This document shows positions 51,557 to 63,100 of a DNA stretch of 64,000 nt, piece after piece. Each line of letters starts with the position of its first letter. The first letter of the stretch is position 1. The notes under the pieces were generated by a model, which was not told where the DNA came from, did no database searches, and worked only from the letters and a program-made list of their open reading frames with translations. The position numbers were made by a program, and so were the translations under genes. Source of the DNA: Podospora anserina (Eukaryota); assembly GCA_017654855.1 (NCBI GenBank), contig CM030333.1, positions 620,001 to 684,000 of the forward strand, read 5' to 3'.

Positions 51557-52888
51557 ATGTCTCTTACCAGCGCCTCCCCCCTCGAAGCCGCTCAGTCGGC
51601 CAAGTCAGCTTCCCATATCCTTGCCACACTCTCAGACGATGCGCGCAACGATGCTCTCACAGCTATTCACTCGGGACTCACAGCTGCTCGCGATGACATT
51701 CTTGCCGCCAACGCCAGGGATCTCGAGCTTGCGCGCAAGGCTGCTGCCGACGGGCAGTTGAGCCAAAGTCTCGTCTCACGTCTAGACCTGACTAAGCCCG
51801 GCAAGTGGGAGGATATGCTCAAGGGCATCCTCGACGTCCGTGGCCTCGAGGACCCTGTTGGCCGTGTTACTCTGCGCACCCAACTCGATGAAGGTCTCAG
51901 CCTCGAACGGGTGACCTGTCCCATTGGTGTTCTCCTCATCATCTTCGAGGCTCGTCCTGAGGTCATCGCCAACATTGCCGCCCTCGCTATCAAGTCTGGC
52001 AATGCGGCCATCCTCAAGGGTGGCAAGGAATCTACCGAGTCTTTTGTCGCTATCTCACGCGTCATCTCCTCTGCTCTCGAAAAGACCCAGGTTCCCAACG
52101 GAGCCGTCCAGCTCGTCACCACCCGCGATGTTATCCCCCAATTGTTGGCTCTCGACAAGTACGTTGACCTGGTCATCCCCCGTGGTGGCAATGAGTTGGT
52201 GAGGTACATCAAGGACAACACCAAGATCCCCGTCCTGGGCCATGCCGACGGTCTCTGCTCCATCTACCTCGATTCCTCTGCCGACAAGGCCCTTGCGGAA
52301 AAGGTTATCGTCGACTCCAAGACCAACTATGTTGCCGCCTGCAACGCTCTCGAGACTCTTCTTGTCCAAGAGTCGGCGCTTTCTCTCCTTCCCGATGTTG
52401 CCACTGCCCTCGCAGCCAAGGATGTTGAGCTTCGTTGCGATGCTGCCTCCAAGGCCGCTCTCGCCAACACCCCTGGCCTCAAGATTGTTGACGCCACTGA
52501 GGAGGACTTCAACACCGAGTTCTTGTCTCTGACTCTCGCCATCAAGGTCGTTTCTGGCTTGAGCGAAGCTATCAACCACATCAACTCCCACGGTTCCCAC
52601 CACACAGATGTTATCCTCACTTCTAACAAGGAGGATGCTGAGACTTTTATGAACGCTATCGACTCGGCCGGTGTGTACCACAATGCCTCAACCAGATTTG
52701 CTGACGGAATGAGATATGGTTTCGGCACTGAGGTGGGTATCAGCACAAACAAGATTCACTCAAGAGGACCGGTGGGGTTGGAGGGTTTGATGATTTACAA
52801 GTACAAGATTCGTGGTGGTGGCCAAGGTGCGGGTGACTATGGGGAGGGTAAGAGACAGTACCTTCACCAGAAGTTACCTTTGGAGTAG
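51557..52888 (+). CDS. PRO2: Gamma-glutamyl phosphate reductase (glutamate-5-semialdehyde dehydrogenase)
   Basis: PIGVLLIIFEARP, SGNAAILKGGKE, DLVIPRGG, ACNALETLL and NASTRFADGMRYGFGTEVGISTNKIHSRGPVGLEGL. ATG at 51557 in CAAAATG context. Confidence 0.96.
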   Translation: MSLTSASPLEAAQSAKSASHILATLSDDARNDALTAIHSGLTAARDDILAANARDLELARKAAADGQLSQSLVSRLDLTKPGKWEDMLKGILDVRGLEDPVGRVTLRTQLDEGLSLERVTCPIGVLLIIFEARPEVIANIAALAIKSGNAAILKGGKESTESFVAISRVISSALEKTQVPNGAVQLVTTRDVIPQLLALDKYVDLVIPRGGNELVRYIKDNTKIPVLGHADGLCSIYLDSSADKALAEKVIVDSKTNYVAACNALETLLVQESALSLLPDVATALAAKDVELRCDAASKAALANTPGLKIVDATEEDFNTEFLSLTLAIKVVSGLSEAINHINSHGSHHTDVILTSNKEDAETFMNAIDSAGVYHNASTRFADGMRYGFGTEVGISTNKIHSRGPVGLEGLMIYKYKIRGGGQGAGDYGEGKRQYLHQKLPLE

Positions 52889-54109
52889 ATCTATCTCAGA
52901 GCGCTTGACACAAAATCGGTGGATATCGGAAGACAAAATGGGCATCATGAATGACGACGAAAAGTATACAGCTCAACTTCGAAGGTTATAGCAATTGGAC
53001 TGGTTTGAAAAGCTTAGTGAGACAAAAGCAAAGTCTTGCCAAAATTCCTATTTACATGTTCAAGTTCCGTGGGCGAGTGCGATGCGCAAGACAGTCTCCT
53101 CTATCAATGGCGACGCTTTGCGTATGTTCTTCTGCTGACTAAGCAAACCCCTGGAAGCCCCTTTTTCCACGGTTCGGGGGGGAACGAAGCCGCAAGACTA
53201 CAGTTGCACACTGGCAGTCTTCTCTACCTATTACATATTCTCCAGTAGTTGAAGGTTTGCATGTCACTGAAGCTTCCCCCCAACAGAAAAAGAATGATCC
53301 TTTCAAACTGTGATTGTGTACCTAGGTACTTGCTTGTTGACGTTCGAGTTTCTCACCAAACACATCTCCCACGTAACCCAGGTCCTTTATTTCCAGAGGA
53401 AAGCTAGACTGCATATACAGCTCCGCTGGGCAAATCAGAAGAAGTTGGTTCGCGAAAGGGTATTGCAGCAAGATCTTCGCCACCTCATTCACACCAGACC
53501 GGCATGCAGTAGGTTGCCGATGGCTCTTCAAACAGGTCCATTAATGCACGACGACCATTGATTTATGTTGCATTTCCAACTTATGTCACCGAAGCTCGTT
53601 CCCCACTGGGCGGGATGTAGGACAGGCAGATTCAGCCTTCTTGGGGTATACATGACGACTTCACGGACCGGGCAATTGATGCTTTTCAACTACAATATAT
53701 GCTGTTGTTCTCTATTCCGGTGTCGGGACGTCGAAGCTTACTACCCTAACAAGAGCCTATCAAAACACACATGGCTCAATGGGACAGACACTTTATTTTG
53801 TGATTATTGAAGCCGCAGGGGGACCGTGACCCAGTTGTTTCCGCCAAGGGGTCAGACGCCGCTGAGCTGCTTTTGCCAAGGCTTCAGACGCCGTTGAGCT
53901 GCTTTCCTCAAGGCCTCGGGGTCTTGGTCGGGTTGAGGGATCATCTGAATATCTATTTTATAAATTCTGCTTCTGTCCAACACCTTCTCCTCTCTTGCCA
54001 GACTTTCTCTTCCTGTGTCTATCACCCTCATTGTGTTCCATTCTATTGTCTCCTTAAGAGAGGGCCACAAAACCTACCTGTCAATAGTCAAGCCCAGAAC
54101 CGATCAATC

Positions 54110-54553
54110 ATGTCACGAATCCTCAAAGCCATACGGATGGCAAAGAAGACGGAAAAGGCACCTCGAGATACCAACCCCGATCTCGACAGCCTAATCATAG
54201 CAAAGCTTGAAGATATCGATTACAAAATCACCACCTTCATCAACACACGAGATGCTCCCACACTTCACGAACTCGAAGGCAGCACCCAGTATATAGGACC
54301 GCAGCAAGTCCTGAGGACTCTCCCACCGATACAAAACGATGTTGACAACAACATATGGCAACAACATGTGCAACAGGACGGCAAGGCTGAATCAAAACTT
54401 TGGGAGGCAAAAGCATCACACATTCCAGGCCTTGCTATTATTTGTGTTTTTCTGCTGCTCGTTCTCTCACTCCTTCTCCACCCAACACATTCACTCGGAG
54501 TTCACAGCAAGACCACAGATAGTGGTAGATGGGGTGTTGGTTCGGTGTGGTGA
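54110..54553 (+). CDS. Orphan small protein (147 aa): short amphipathic/coiled-coil segment plus C-terminal TM helix
   Basis: ATG 54110 in CAATCATG context with TATAAA ~53959 upstream. TM segment GLAIICVFLLLVLSLLL. Similar to the neighbour at 55553. Confidence 0.6.
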   Translation: MSRILKAIRMAKKTEKAPRDTNPDLDSLIIAKLEDIDYKITTFINTRDAPTLHELEGSTQYIGPQQVLRTLPPIQNDVDNNIWQQHVQQDGKAESKLWEAKASHIPGLAIICVFLLLVLSLLLHPTHSLGVHSKTTDSGRWGVGSVW

Positions 54554-55552
54554 TATATCACTACAGTTGCTTTTCTCTTTGGACAGATAACATGGCCGTG
54601 ATTAGTTGTTCTGAGAGACATGTTACAGTTTTGGGTGTGGAAAATGCGGCTTGATGAAGAGAGAATTGAGGTTTCTTACCAAGTGATGTAGTTGACGGCT
54701 TGGGGTAGGGATTGGGAGATGGGGACGCGGGCTGAACTGACATGGTGATGTACTGGGCTACGCCTATGTAGGTAGGTAACAATGAACACTCTATCAACCA
54801 CGAGGCTGGCTTGTATCGATATTTCCGGACTTGTATCCCATAAACAATGAGAGAAGTTGCCCTCTGCAGTCGGCAAAAATGTGATGAATAGCAGAATTAG
54901 TGCATGTATGACATCAAAATGTGGTGGCCTGTCACAGTCCAGAGTACCAGACTGTCTCTAGCATTTTTATAGAGATATCTTTTCATAGGGTCAGGTAGAG
55001 CTTCAAGGGCTCGCAGGTAGGTAGGGTAGGTACGTACTTCGGTTGATGCCAATAGTGCATGGTTAGGTAATGTACCTTTCACTGAAGAGATTGCATCGGG
55101 AAAACGACCCCTCTTCCGCAGTACAAGTGCAGTTTTAATTTCCCCTTCTTTTCGATCCCACCCATCTACAAAACGCTGCAGGTGGGCTCGTTGACCGCTT
55201 CTGACGCTGCATCAGGTGCGTGTGATTGATTGGTCGGAGCAGAACCTCTCTTAGAGCAGCATGCAGCTTCACTGATACCCAAAACACTCACAGGATGACT
55301 GCCTCTCTTGAATATTAGGGCCACACGACACTGCGCGGCTGGCAGACAACCAACCTCATAACTCATCGCTCCGACTCCCACGGGCCGCCTCATGTACGCT
55401 TCCTCTTGCTATTGCTATTTATCTGCTATAAGTATATATAGTTCGCTTTTCCCAATCTCCATTTATTCAATATCCTGAACTTATCCCTCGTGCTCAGACG
55501 ACTATCCTCCATCAACATCCATTCTTTAACTCTTTACTCGTTCTCAGGCATC

Positions 55553-55923
55553 ATGTTTAGCTTCAAGTCTAAGAACAAGACTGGAGAGGAGAACGAAAGA
55601 ATATCCGAAGTTACCAACAAAAGACTGGACAATATCAACAACAAGCTCTTCACCATTGACAGCAAACTTGACGCTATTCTTAACAACCGCCGTCACAATG
55701 CTATATACGAGCTTGATGCCCTTCTCAGCCCATCCGGCCATTGCCAGCCCTAAGAGATCATGACCAACCAATAGCCCACCCCATCTTACAACAACGACCT
55801 CGCCAAGAACAAGAAGTAGAAACAGAAGCCCGAGTCGCCCAGTCACAACCTTTGACTGCCAACAATGCCATCATAATTTTCTCCGTGGGGGTTTGTCTAC
55901 TTATTGTATTCTTACTTGGCTAG
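55553..55923 (+). pseudogene. Paralog of the 54110 orphan, split by a 1-nt frameshift at ~55719-55721 (pseudogene or assembly error)
   Basis: KLFTIDSKLDAILNNRRHNAIYELDA aligns with KLEDIDYKITTFINTRDAPTLHELEG. Adding one C to the CCC run gives PSQPIRPLPALRD...AIIIFSVGVCLLIVFLLG* (terminal TM). TATA-rich element at ~55427-55440. Confidence 0.6.
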
Positions 55924-56963
55924 GTAAGCCCACAGTGGCTTCATTGAGGTTCCGGAGATATACCTTTGAAATCTTCTTTTTCTTTTCATGTATCGGGCGA
56001 GGCTTGGGTGAACATAACATGAGAGTCAAGAGTATACCAAGGCACAAAATTGGAGGTATGAATAGGTTAACATGTATGTAAAAGATGAGAGAGATTGGGT
56101 ACGTGGAATCGAAAGAGACTCAGAGACACCGTGGGATACGCCGAACCTGGGAAGATTCATACTCTTTGTTGGCAGGTTGGCGATTCGCAGGCGGGTGTAT
56201 GAAACGTAGTTCGTTTATTAAAAGTCTTCTAATTACCATTCACTACCTCTTTCGACCTCTTTCTCTTCGCCAAGCGGTAAATCCATACGAACTCGTCAGG
56301 CATTCAAAACGTTGACTTAGGTTTAAATAAACAAATAGGTCTAATATCACCACAAGGGCTGCAGGCTATCCACATTCCATGAACAGGGCCATCACTATTA
56401 CGATATCGATAGTACTCATATGGGTTCCTGGCGTTCTGGGCGAGAGTTCTGTTAAGCAGTCAGTTCTGAAGCAAGATAGCCCCTCGCATGCTTTTGACAC
56501 AACAGAGAAGCACAAAGCACCACGAAAAGGTAGGTATAGTAGGTATGTTCAATTCTCACATGTTCTGCATAGTAATTCTTGGATGAGAGGAACTCAGCTC
56601 GGCTTCTACCAATGGTGTTAGCTCAACACCCCTTCCACATACCCCTCCTCTACCCACACCTATTGGCAACGTACTGCAAGGGGTTCTTTTCAGCAACGCC
56701 CCCACCATCATCACAAGTGCAAAAAGAAGGGAAGAACTGAACAACGGGAATAACGGGAAACGGAACAAGCATGCCCAGTTACCCCTCTACAGGTTTTATA
56801 TATAAACTTAATGCCTAGTTTCGTAAATCTTTAGTAAAAGCCTTACATATTATTAAGGTACCTTATATTATTATTACTTCCTAACTACGTAAAATATTAA
56901 TACTAAAATATTTATTAACCTTTAAAGGTTAATTAATTATGTTATGCCTTTTTAAAGCTATAC

Positions 56964-57405
56964 TGTGACGAACCCCTGTACAGAACCTCTGAAAGGGATA
57001 CGGGTTGAAGGTAACTTCTGACAATTGGTTCGGTGCAGCTAGACAGTGCACAACAAGATGTCTCAATGTAAACACAAGATACCATGAATACAACTGTGGA
57101 TTGCATACTGCGGAACTGTCTATCTACACCAGCCAGTTCCTCCGTATATATAGATCCTGGGGCCCTGAGGTGCTCGCCCTGCTACGGCCCCGATTACCCA
57201 TAGCACATTGCATCCTGCAAAGTGCTCGTCGTGCTATGCCTCTGATCACTCGTAGCATCTTGCATCCTGCAGAGTGCTCGTGTGTCTTGGCGCCATAGCA
57301 CTTTCGTCCAGCCCTGATTGGCTGTCTCCTGACTTCTCTAATGATTGGCTAGGGACGTCCTGCGCCCCACATGTGGCGCGGCCTGCTGTTGGGTTAACTG
57401 TGACA
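56964..57405 (-). mobile_element. Solo LTR of an LTR retrotransposon (442 bp), TSD TATAC
   Basis: TG...CA ends (TGTGAC...TGTGACA) with TATAC on both sides (56959-56963, 57406-57410). About 190 bp are near-identical to the reverse complement of the 3' half of the LTR at 58072. Confidence 0.92.
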
Positions 57406-58071
57406 TATACGTACATATAAATAAAAAACAAAATTAAACTTTTATTATATTAACCTAAGATTCGATAACTTAATTATAATTAAATTTAAAAATATAAATT
57501 ATAAAATTATTACTTTCCTTAGTACCTATAATAATATACCTATAAAATATAAATTCAAAAGTAATATTTAATATATTTAGCTATTGATTTATAAGAATAT
57601 TTTACGATAGTTATATAATATTAATAATAATATATATTAATAACGGTATAACCTAAGATATATTAGCGATAACGAAAAGCCTATTAGGGAAGAAAATCGA
57701 GTTTAAGTTTAATTTTTACTAGGGTAAAAATTAATTAAATACGTTTTAACTTTTAATTTTCGCGTTTACTTTATAATATTCCTTCTTTCGTTCTTCCTTG
57801 ATTAAATATTTAAATTAAAGCTTTTATAAGTATTCGGTTTTTTCTTTTTTTATATTAAATAAATAGACTTTAGGGTATTTAAATAACTAAGGGGTATAGG
57901 AGATACGTATCTTAAATCGCTATCGATAGGTCCATTAATTCGGTATATATTTCGATAGTTATACCAAATAAATAATAAACTTAATATTTAATAAACTTTA
58001 TTAAGTAAGATTTATATTTTATAATATAATAATAAATAAGACGATAATAGGATATATTATTACGTGCTTAA

Positions 58072-58520
58072 TGTCACAACCCTGGTACAGGACGGTTGTG
58101 GGGCCACGGGAATAAGGGGCCAATCGGGAGAACGTATAGGGGAGCCAATCACAGTGAAGGCAGAGTGATCAGTGTGATCAGGGCACTGAGCAGACTGAGC
58201 AGAGTGATCAGTGTGATCAGGGCACTGAGCAGACTGAGCAGAGGTGATCAGTGTGATCAGGGCACTGAGCAGACTGAGCCGAGGTGATCAGTGGCCTTGG
58301 GAGACTGATCACGGCTTGGCACAAGGACTATATATACGGAGGAACTGGCTGGTGTAGATAGACAGTTCCGCAGTATGCAATTCAAGCTTGTATTCACGGC
58401 ATCTTGTGTTTACATCGAGACATCTTGTTGTGCACTGTTTAGCTGCACCGAACCAGGATTATTCAGAAGTTACCTTCAACCAGTATCCCTTTCAGAGGTT
58501 CTGGATAGGGGTTCGTCACA
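58072..58520 (+). mobile_element. Solo LTR of an LTR retrotransposon (449 bp), TSD CTTAA
   Basis: TGTCACA...CGTCACA ends with CTTAA on both sides (58067-58071, 58521-58525). Two CCAAT boxes, three 39-40-bp tandem repeats (58160-58277) and a TATATATA box ~58329. Confidence 0.92.
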
Positions 58521-60105
58521 CTTAACTAAATAATTCTTCTCGAAAAGTTAGAAATATAGTATTCCTTTTTAGCTTTAGGGATAGTTAGATATATCCTAAA
58601 AGAGGGCAAGGGAATGGATATTTCGAGATATCTGGGAAGGCCTTTTGGTAATAAAACCGCGAGGGAGGGACAGTTTTGCCGCTGGCAGTCGGTAGGGGGC
58701 TGTTATTAGTTATTTACAGTGCAGGTTTGTATTTAAAGAATAGAAGAAGATAGTCTTCATGGAGCTACATGGATGTCTAAAGTCAGATACTTGCCCAATG
58801 AAGACGCCATTTAAGGCCAAAAGACTTTGAAGAGATAATAACATAGGTGTCCTGAAGTATCTTATCTTGAGAAGAAGATTACAAAGGTGCTGGTTGACCT
58901 AGGGGTTCAGAATACCGCAAGGTACGTAAGACTGCATTTTAGCATAATAGTCGTATTGGAAGGTTCCTGTAAGTGTTATGTTGGACCACATACGGACGGC
59001 CTTGTAAATTCCTATGTATTGATTGAAGCCTCGGGTCTAGCGGCGCCGCCAGATAGTTGTCAGCCAAGGTGGTCGCCCAAGCCCCGGGCTTGCTCTCTCC
59101 AAACAGGAACTAGCAGATATGCTGGATGAGGTGTTGGGCAAGCCGAGTGCGTTGGCATTGCATTGGTTAGATCAAGACGGAGCTACGTGAGGGACCCACG
59201 ATGAAGGCACAGCCTTTTTGGGCGTCCAATGGCATTGGGGTTCCCATGTTGCTAGATAAGTATCTGCGGCAGTCACCTGGTAACTCGTAGGGACAATTCT
59301 GGTACCTGCGGCACTTACCTTGGGCAGATTCCAGCCGCATCTCTAACATACCCTATGTCTGTTAGGTGGTGCCCTGTGCGCCGGACCGACCTACATAAAC
59401 ATTGGACATCATGAAGGGTAGTGGCAGAAAGTGGCGTGGAGTCACCACATGGAAAAATCTATAACTTCTGGATTCACTCTTCTCCGTCTCCTATTTTCTA
59501 TATATGTGGCATGATATTTGGACGGGGCCGGCTATTGGAACTGCAAGATGTCCTATGAACCGGTGATCAGGGGTGTTGTTGGCTAGCTGTTCTCTGTTGG
59601 GCGATGGTGTTCTTGGGGATATTTTCTAGGGTGCTGCCGGCTGTATGTAAGGATAGAAGCCAAAAGCAGTGCTTAATACCAAATAACACAACCCTCCCAA
59701 CTGAGTCTGCTGAGCTTGTTAATACGGAAAAACAAATGATGAAGGGACAAGGCCATATTGATCACCACAGTTTTATTCTTCAAAGACACCCTGCCGACTC
59801 CTAACAGAGCCCACAAGAGGCAGATGTCTAGTTAAAACAACCCCGAAACAACCAAACATAAAAGATCCAGTAAAGCCCTGACAAAAAGAACTCCAAACGA
59901 CCATGCCAAAACCCAAGACCAAAGAATTCCACACCAAATCCAAACCAAGAGAATACCTCAAGTAATCCCCCCCAAAAATGATCCCGAATAATGCTTGAAC
60001 CACCAGGTAGGTCCACATCGAAATAAATGCCCCAAGCCAAAGACCCCCTTTTTTTGAAAATGTCCAAACATGCAAAAGAAACTCCCCCCTATGGTTCACC
60101 CCTAC

Positions 60106-63100
60106 CTAACCAGTCAAAGTCCCATTCAACCCCCCCTTAACCCACCCCAGCAACGACCTCCCCCCCTCCAGATTCTCAAGCCCCTCCGGCCCGTCAAAAA
60201 CCATCACGCCGCCAAGGTTAAACAGCCCGCTCAGTCCCAGCTGTCGCAGCTGACTGGCAAGCGACCCCGCAGCTTGCGCGCCTCCCAGTTTGGTGTAAGC
60301 ACTCGGGGCGGCATCGACCCAGGCGGGAATCCCGATCAAGAACTTCGTCCCCGCGATCGCCACGTTGGAGCCGCCTAGGGAGAGGATGCCATCTGTTATG
60401 AGACGGGTCCTAGAAAAGCAAGCGTTGTTAGCACTCTTGTGAGCTTGGAGACAAAGGGGGTTTGGGGTGCTGCCCCTTCCTTGCGCCTTCCTCTGATAGT
60501 CAAGGTTGCTCCTTCCCCTGTCCTACCGTTCCTTCCTCTCTAACAAGGGAATTTGCTCAAAACAGGAAGGAACACGGACGGGAAAACCGCCCCAAAAAAG
60601 GGGGAAGGAGCAGGCAACATCCCCAAACCCAACAGAGGGAAGGAACACCACCACCACCTCCTCTAGAGAAAAAAGGAAGAAGCCAAACTCACCATGAAAG
60701 AATCGACGTCAAGAACTTCTCACCCCCAATCTCGTACCGTCCGGTGTCATCTCCTCCAAAGAATCTCTGCCAGATAAAGTTGGCTTGGGCGAGGTACCCA
60801 ATCGGGATCGACCTGTCGGGCGAAGCACACCAGGGAGCAGCAGACAAATAAGGCATCTTTGAAGTGTCCTGCAAGAAGTTGAAGCGCATCGTCGCTGCGA
60901 AGGTGCCCCAGTAGTTGGGGGAGGAGTCGAGTTTTGCTGGTAAGAGAAAGGGGTTAGTTGTCATGAAGAAAGAGGGGAGGTGGTTGAGAGGGGGGAGAGG
61001 GAAAAAGGGGTAGAGTGGTAATGTGTTAATGTGCAAAAGGGGTAATATGTTATTGTTGTAATGTGATAATGCGGCAAAGGAGACTTACCAAGATCAAACC
61101 CATCCACCACCGCCGTCCCAAACGGCCTCAACCCATTCACAAACTCATACCCCCTCGTCGTCGCCGGCGTCACCGGCCCAAACAGCTGCCACAACTTGTT
61201 CGCAAACTGCTGCGCCTCGCTCTCCGACCTCAGCACCAACGAGCTACCGCCCCCACCCAGCGACCCCAGAACCTTCTTCCCGTGCGTCGCCTGGCAAGTC
61301 TTGATGTCCTCCTCCAACTGCGCGTAATAGTCCAACCCGGAGAAAAAAGCCGCTGATACCCAGTCTTGACGCCCTTGATCACAGGCGCGAGCGTCAGTTT
61401 GGGCAGCCCGCTGTTTTGGTAGCTGATGTCTGTGACGAAGCCGAGGATGACCAGATCAACGTTGGGATCGGCACAGACATCAGCGAGGGAGATGCGCTCA
61501 GAGGCTTGTGATTGCCCGTAGTAGACTGACACGTTGGAGTTGGACATGGCGTTGAATCGGTAGCCGCCCTGCGGGGTGGCTGGGCTGGTCGGGAGAGGAA
61601 GGCGGGACGTGAGGATGTTGGGAACAGAAATGGGAGGACCCAAGTAGATGAATGGAGGCGACCGAGTAGTGGTCAGCGTCGGGATGGCGGTAGGAAGGGG
61701 TGGGAATGTTATGGTCGGGAGGGCGGTGAGAGGGTTGGGGAAGAGGGTTGCAATTGGGAGGAATGGTAAGATAGAAAAGGTTGGCAGCTGGGCGGATGGA
61801 TTTGGGAAAGGTGGGAAAGGCAGAATGAAGAATGTCGGCACCGGCAAAAGCAGAGGCTCGAGTGAGCTGAGGAGACTTGGGATGGCCGAGGGAAGGGAAC
61901 CGACTGCAGCACCAATTTCGCTGAGCAGGCTAGGCAAGATAGGAGCACCAGTCGGGATGGGAATGTTGTTGCCGATGGGTTGGGTGATGGCTGGCGTCTG
62001 AATGGGAACCAACCCATTAATGACAGCGATAAGGCCAGGAACCAACGGCGTTTCGGTTGCAACAGCTTGGGAGAGCTGGCTCAAAATGTTGGGGAGGACC
62101 GCCTGGACCGGAGAGGGGATGACAAGGGGAGGGATGGTCACGGCAGGTATGGCAATTCCTGAAGCTGTGAAGCCCGAAGGATCAACAGTGAGGTCAATGA
62201 GTGCTGGAACTCCCACAGTACCAACAACGGGGAGATTGGCCGAGATGCCACTGACGGAGAGGGTCAGGCCGGGTGCTGGCGAGACGATGACCCCAGGGAG
62301 CTGAGTGCCCGGAATCGTAACTCCAGGCAGTAGAGTCTCGGGCAAAGTTGGCAACGACACGCTTGGGAGTGATAGACTGGGTAAAGACACAGTCGGCAAG
62401 GTGAGAGAGAGGCTCGGTAATGAGATGGTCGGTAAGGTGAGGCTTGGGAGTGAGACGCTCGGCAAAGACACCGCTGGCAACTCCAAACTCGGAAGCGTCA
62501 CACTCGGGAGAGATACGCTCGGGAGAGATACGCTCGGAAGAGATATGCTTGGGACCGAAATGCTTGGGAGAGACGCGCTGGGCAACGAGATCGATGGCAG
62601 TGTGGGAACCGGCGGAAGGGTCGGGACTGAGAGAGACGGCACCTGGACGGATGGTACCGACACAGACGGCAACGACACAGACGGCAGCTGAATCGAGGGA
62701 GCTGACGGGAGGGTCACCGTCACCGTCGGCAGAGGTAACGTAATCGCCGGGATACTGAGCCCAGGAACCGTCAGACTGATCGCTGGGCTCAGGCCAAGCG
62801 GAAGGTTGGCCGAGGCAGCAATGGTCACGCCTGGAAGCAACTCGCTGGGAATGACCTCGTTGAGCACCGACGAGATGGCACCCTCGAGAGCCGTCAACCC
62901 CTGGATGATGATAGGCACCGGGCCCGCAGTCACAGTGGTAAGCCTTGTTATCGTCACAGTAGGAAACCCGGCGATGGGAACTGTATCGTTGCGATGCAGA
63001 GTGTGGTCGTAGCCAACCCGGGACCTGTTCCGAGAGGATAGCCGATGTTCGACAGAGCGCTCAAAACTGCCTCGGGAGAGTATTGTCTGATAGTGGTGGG

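Larger units (their letters stand above)
56790..58600. mobile_element. AT-rich, RIP-like degenerate transposon relic hosting two solo LTRs
   Basis: Abrupt switch to very AT-rich, TpA-rich, ORF-less sequence (56790-56963, 57406-58071, 58521-~58600) against GC-balanced flanks. Confidence 0.75.

Noticed and set aside
58160-58293. CRISPR-like repeat array
   Set aside because: Head-to-tail repeats without unique spacers, inside a fungal LTR; no cas genes.
56964-58520. Single DNA transposon with ~190-bp TIRs, or one full-length LTR element
   Set aside because: Each unit has its own TG..CA ends and its own distinct 5-bp TSD, so they are two separate solo LTRs.
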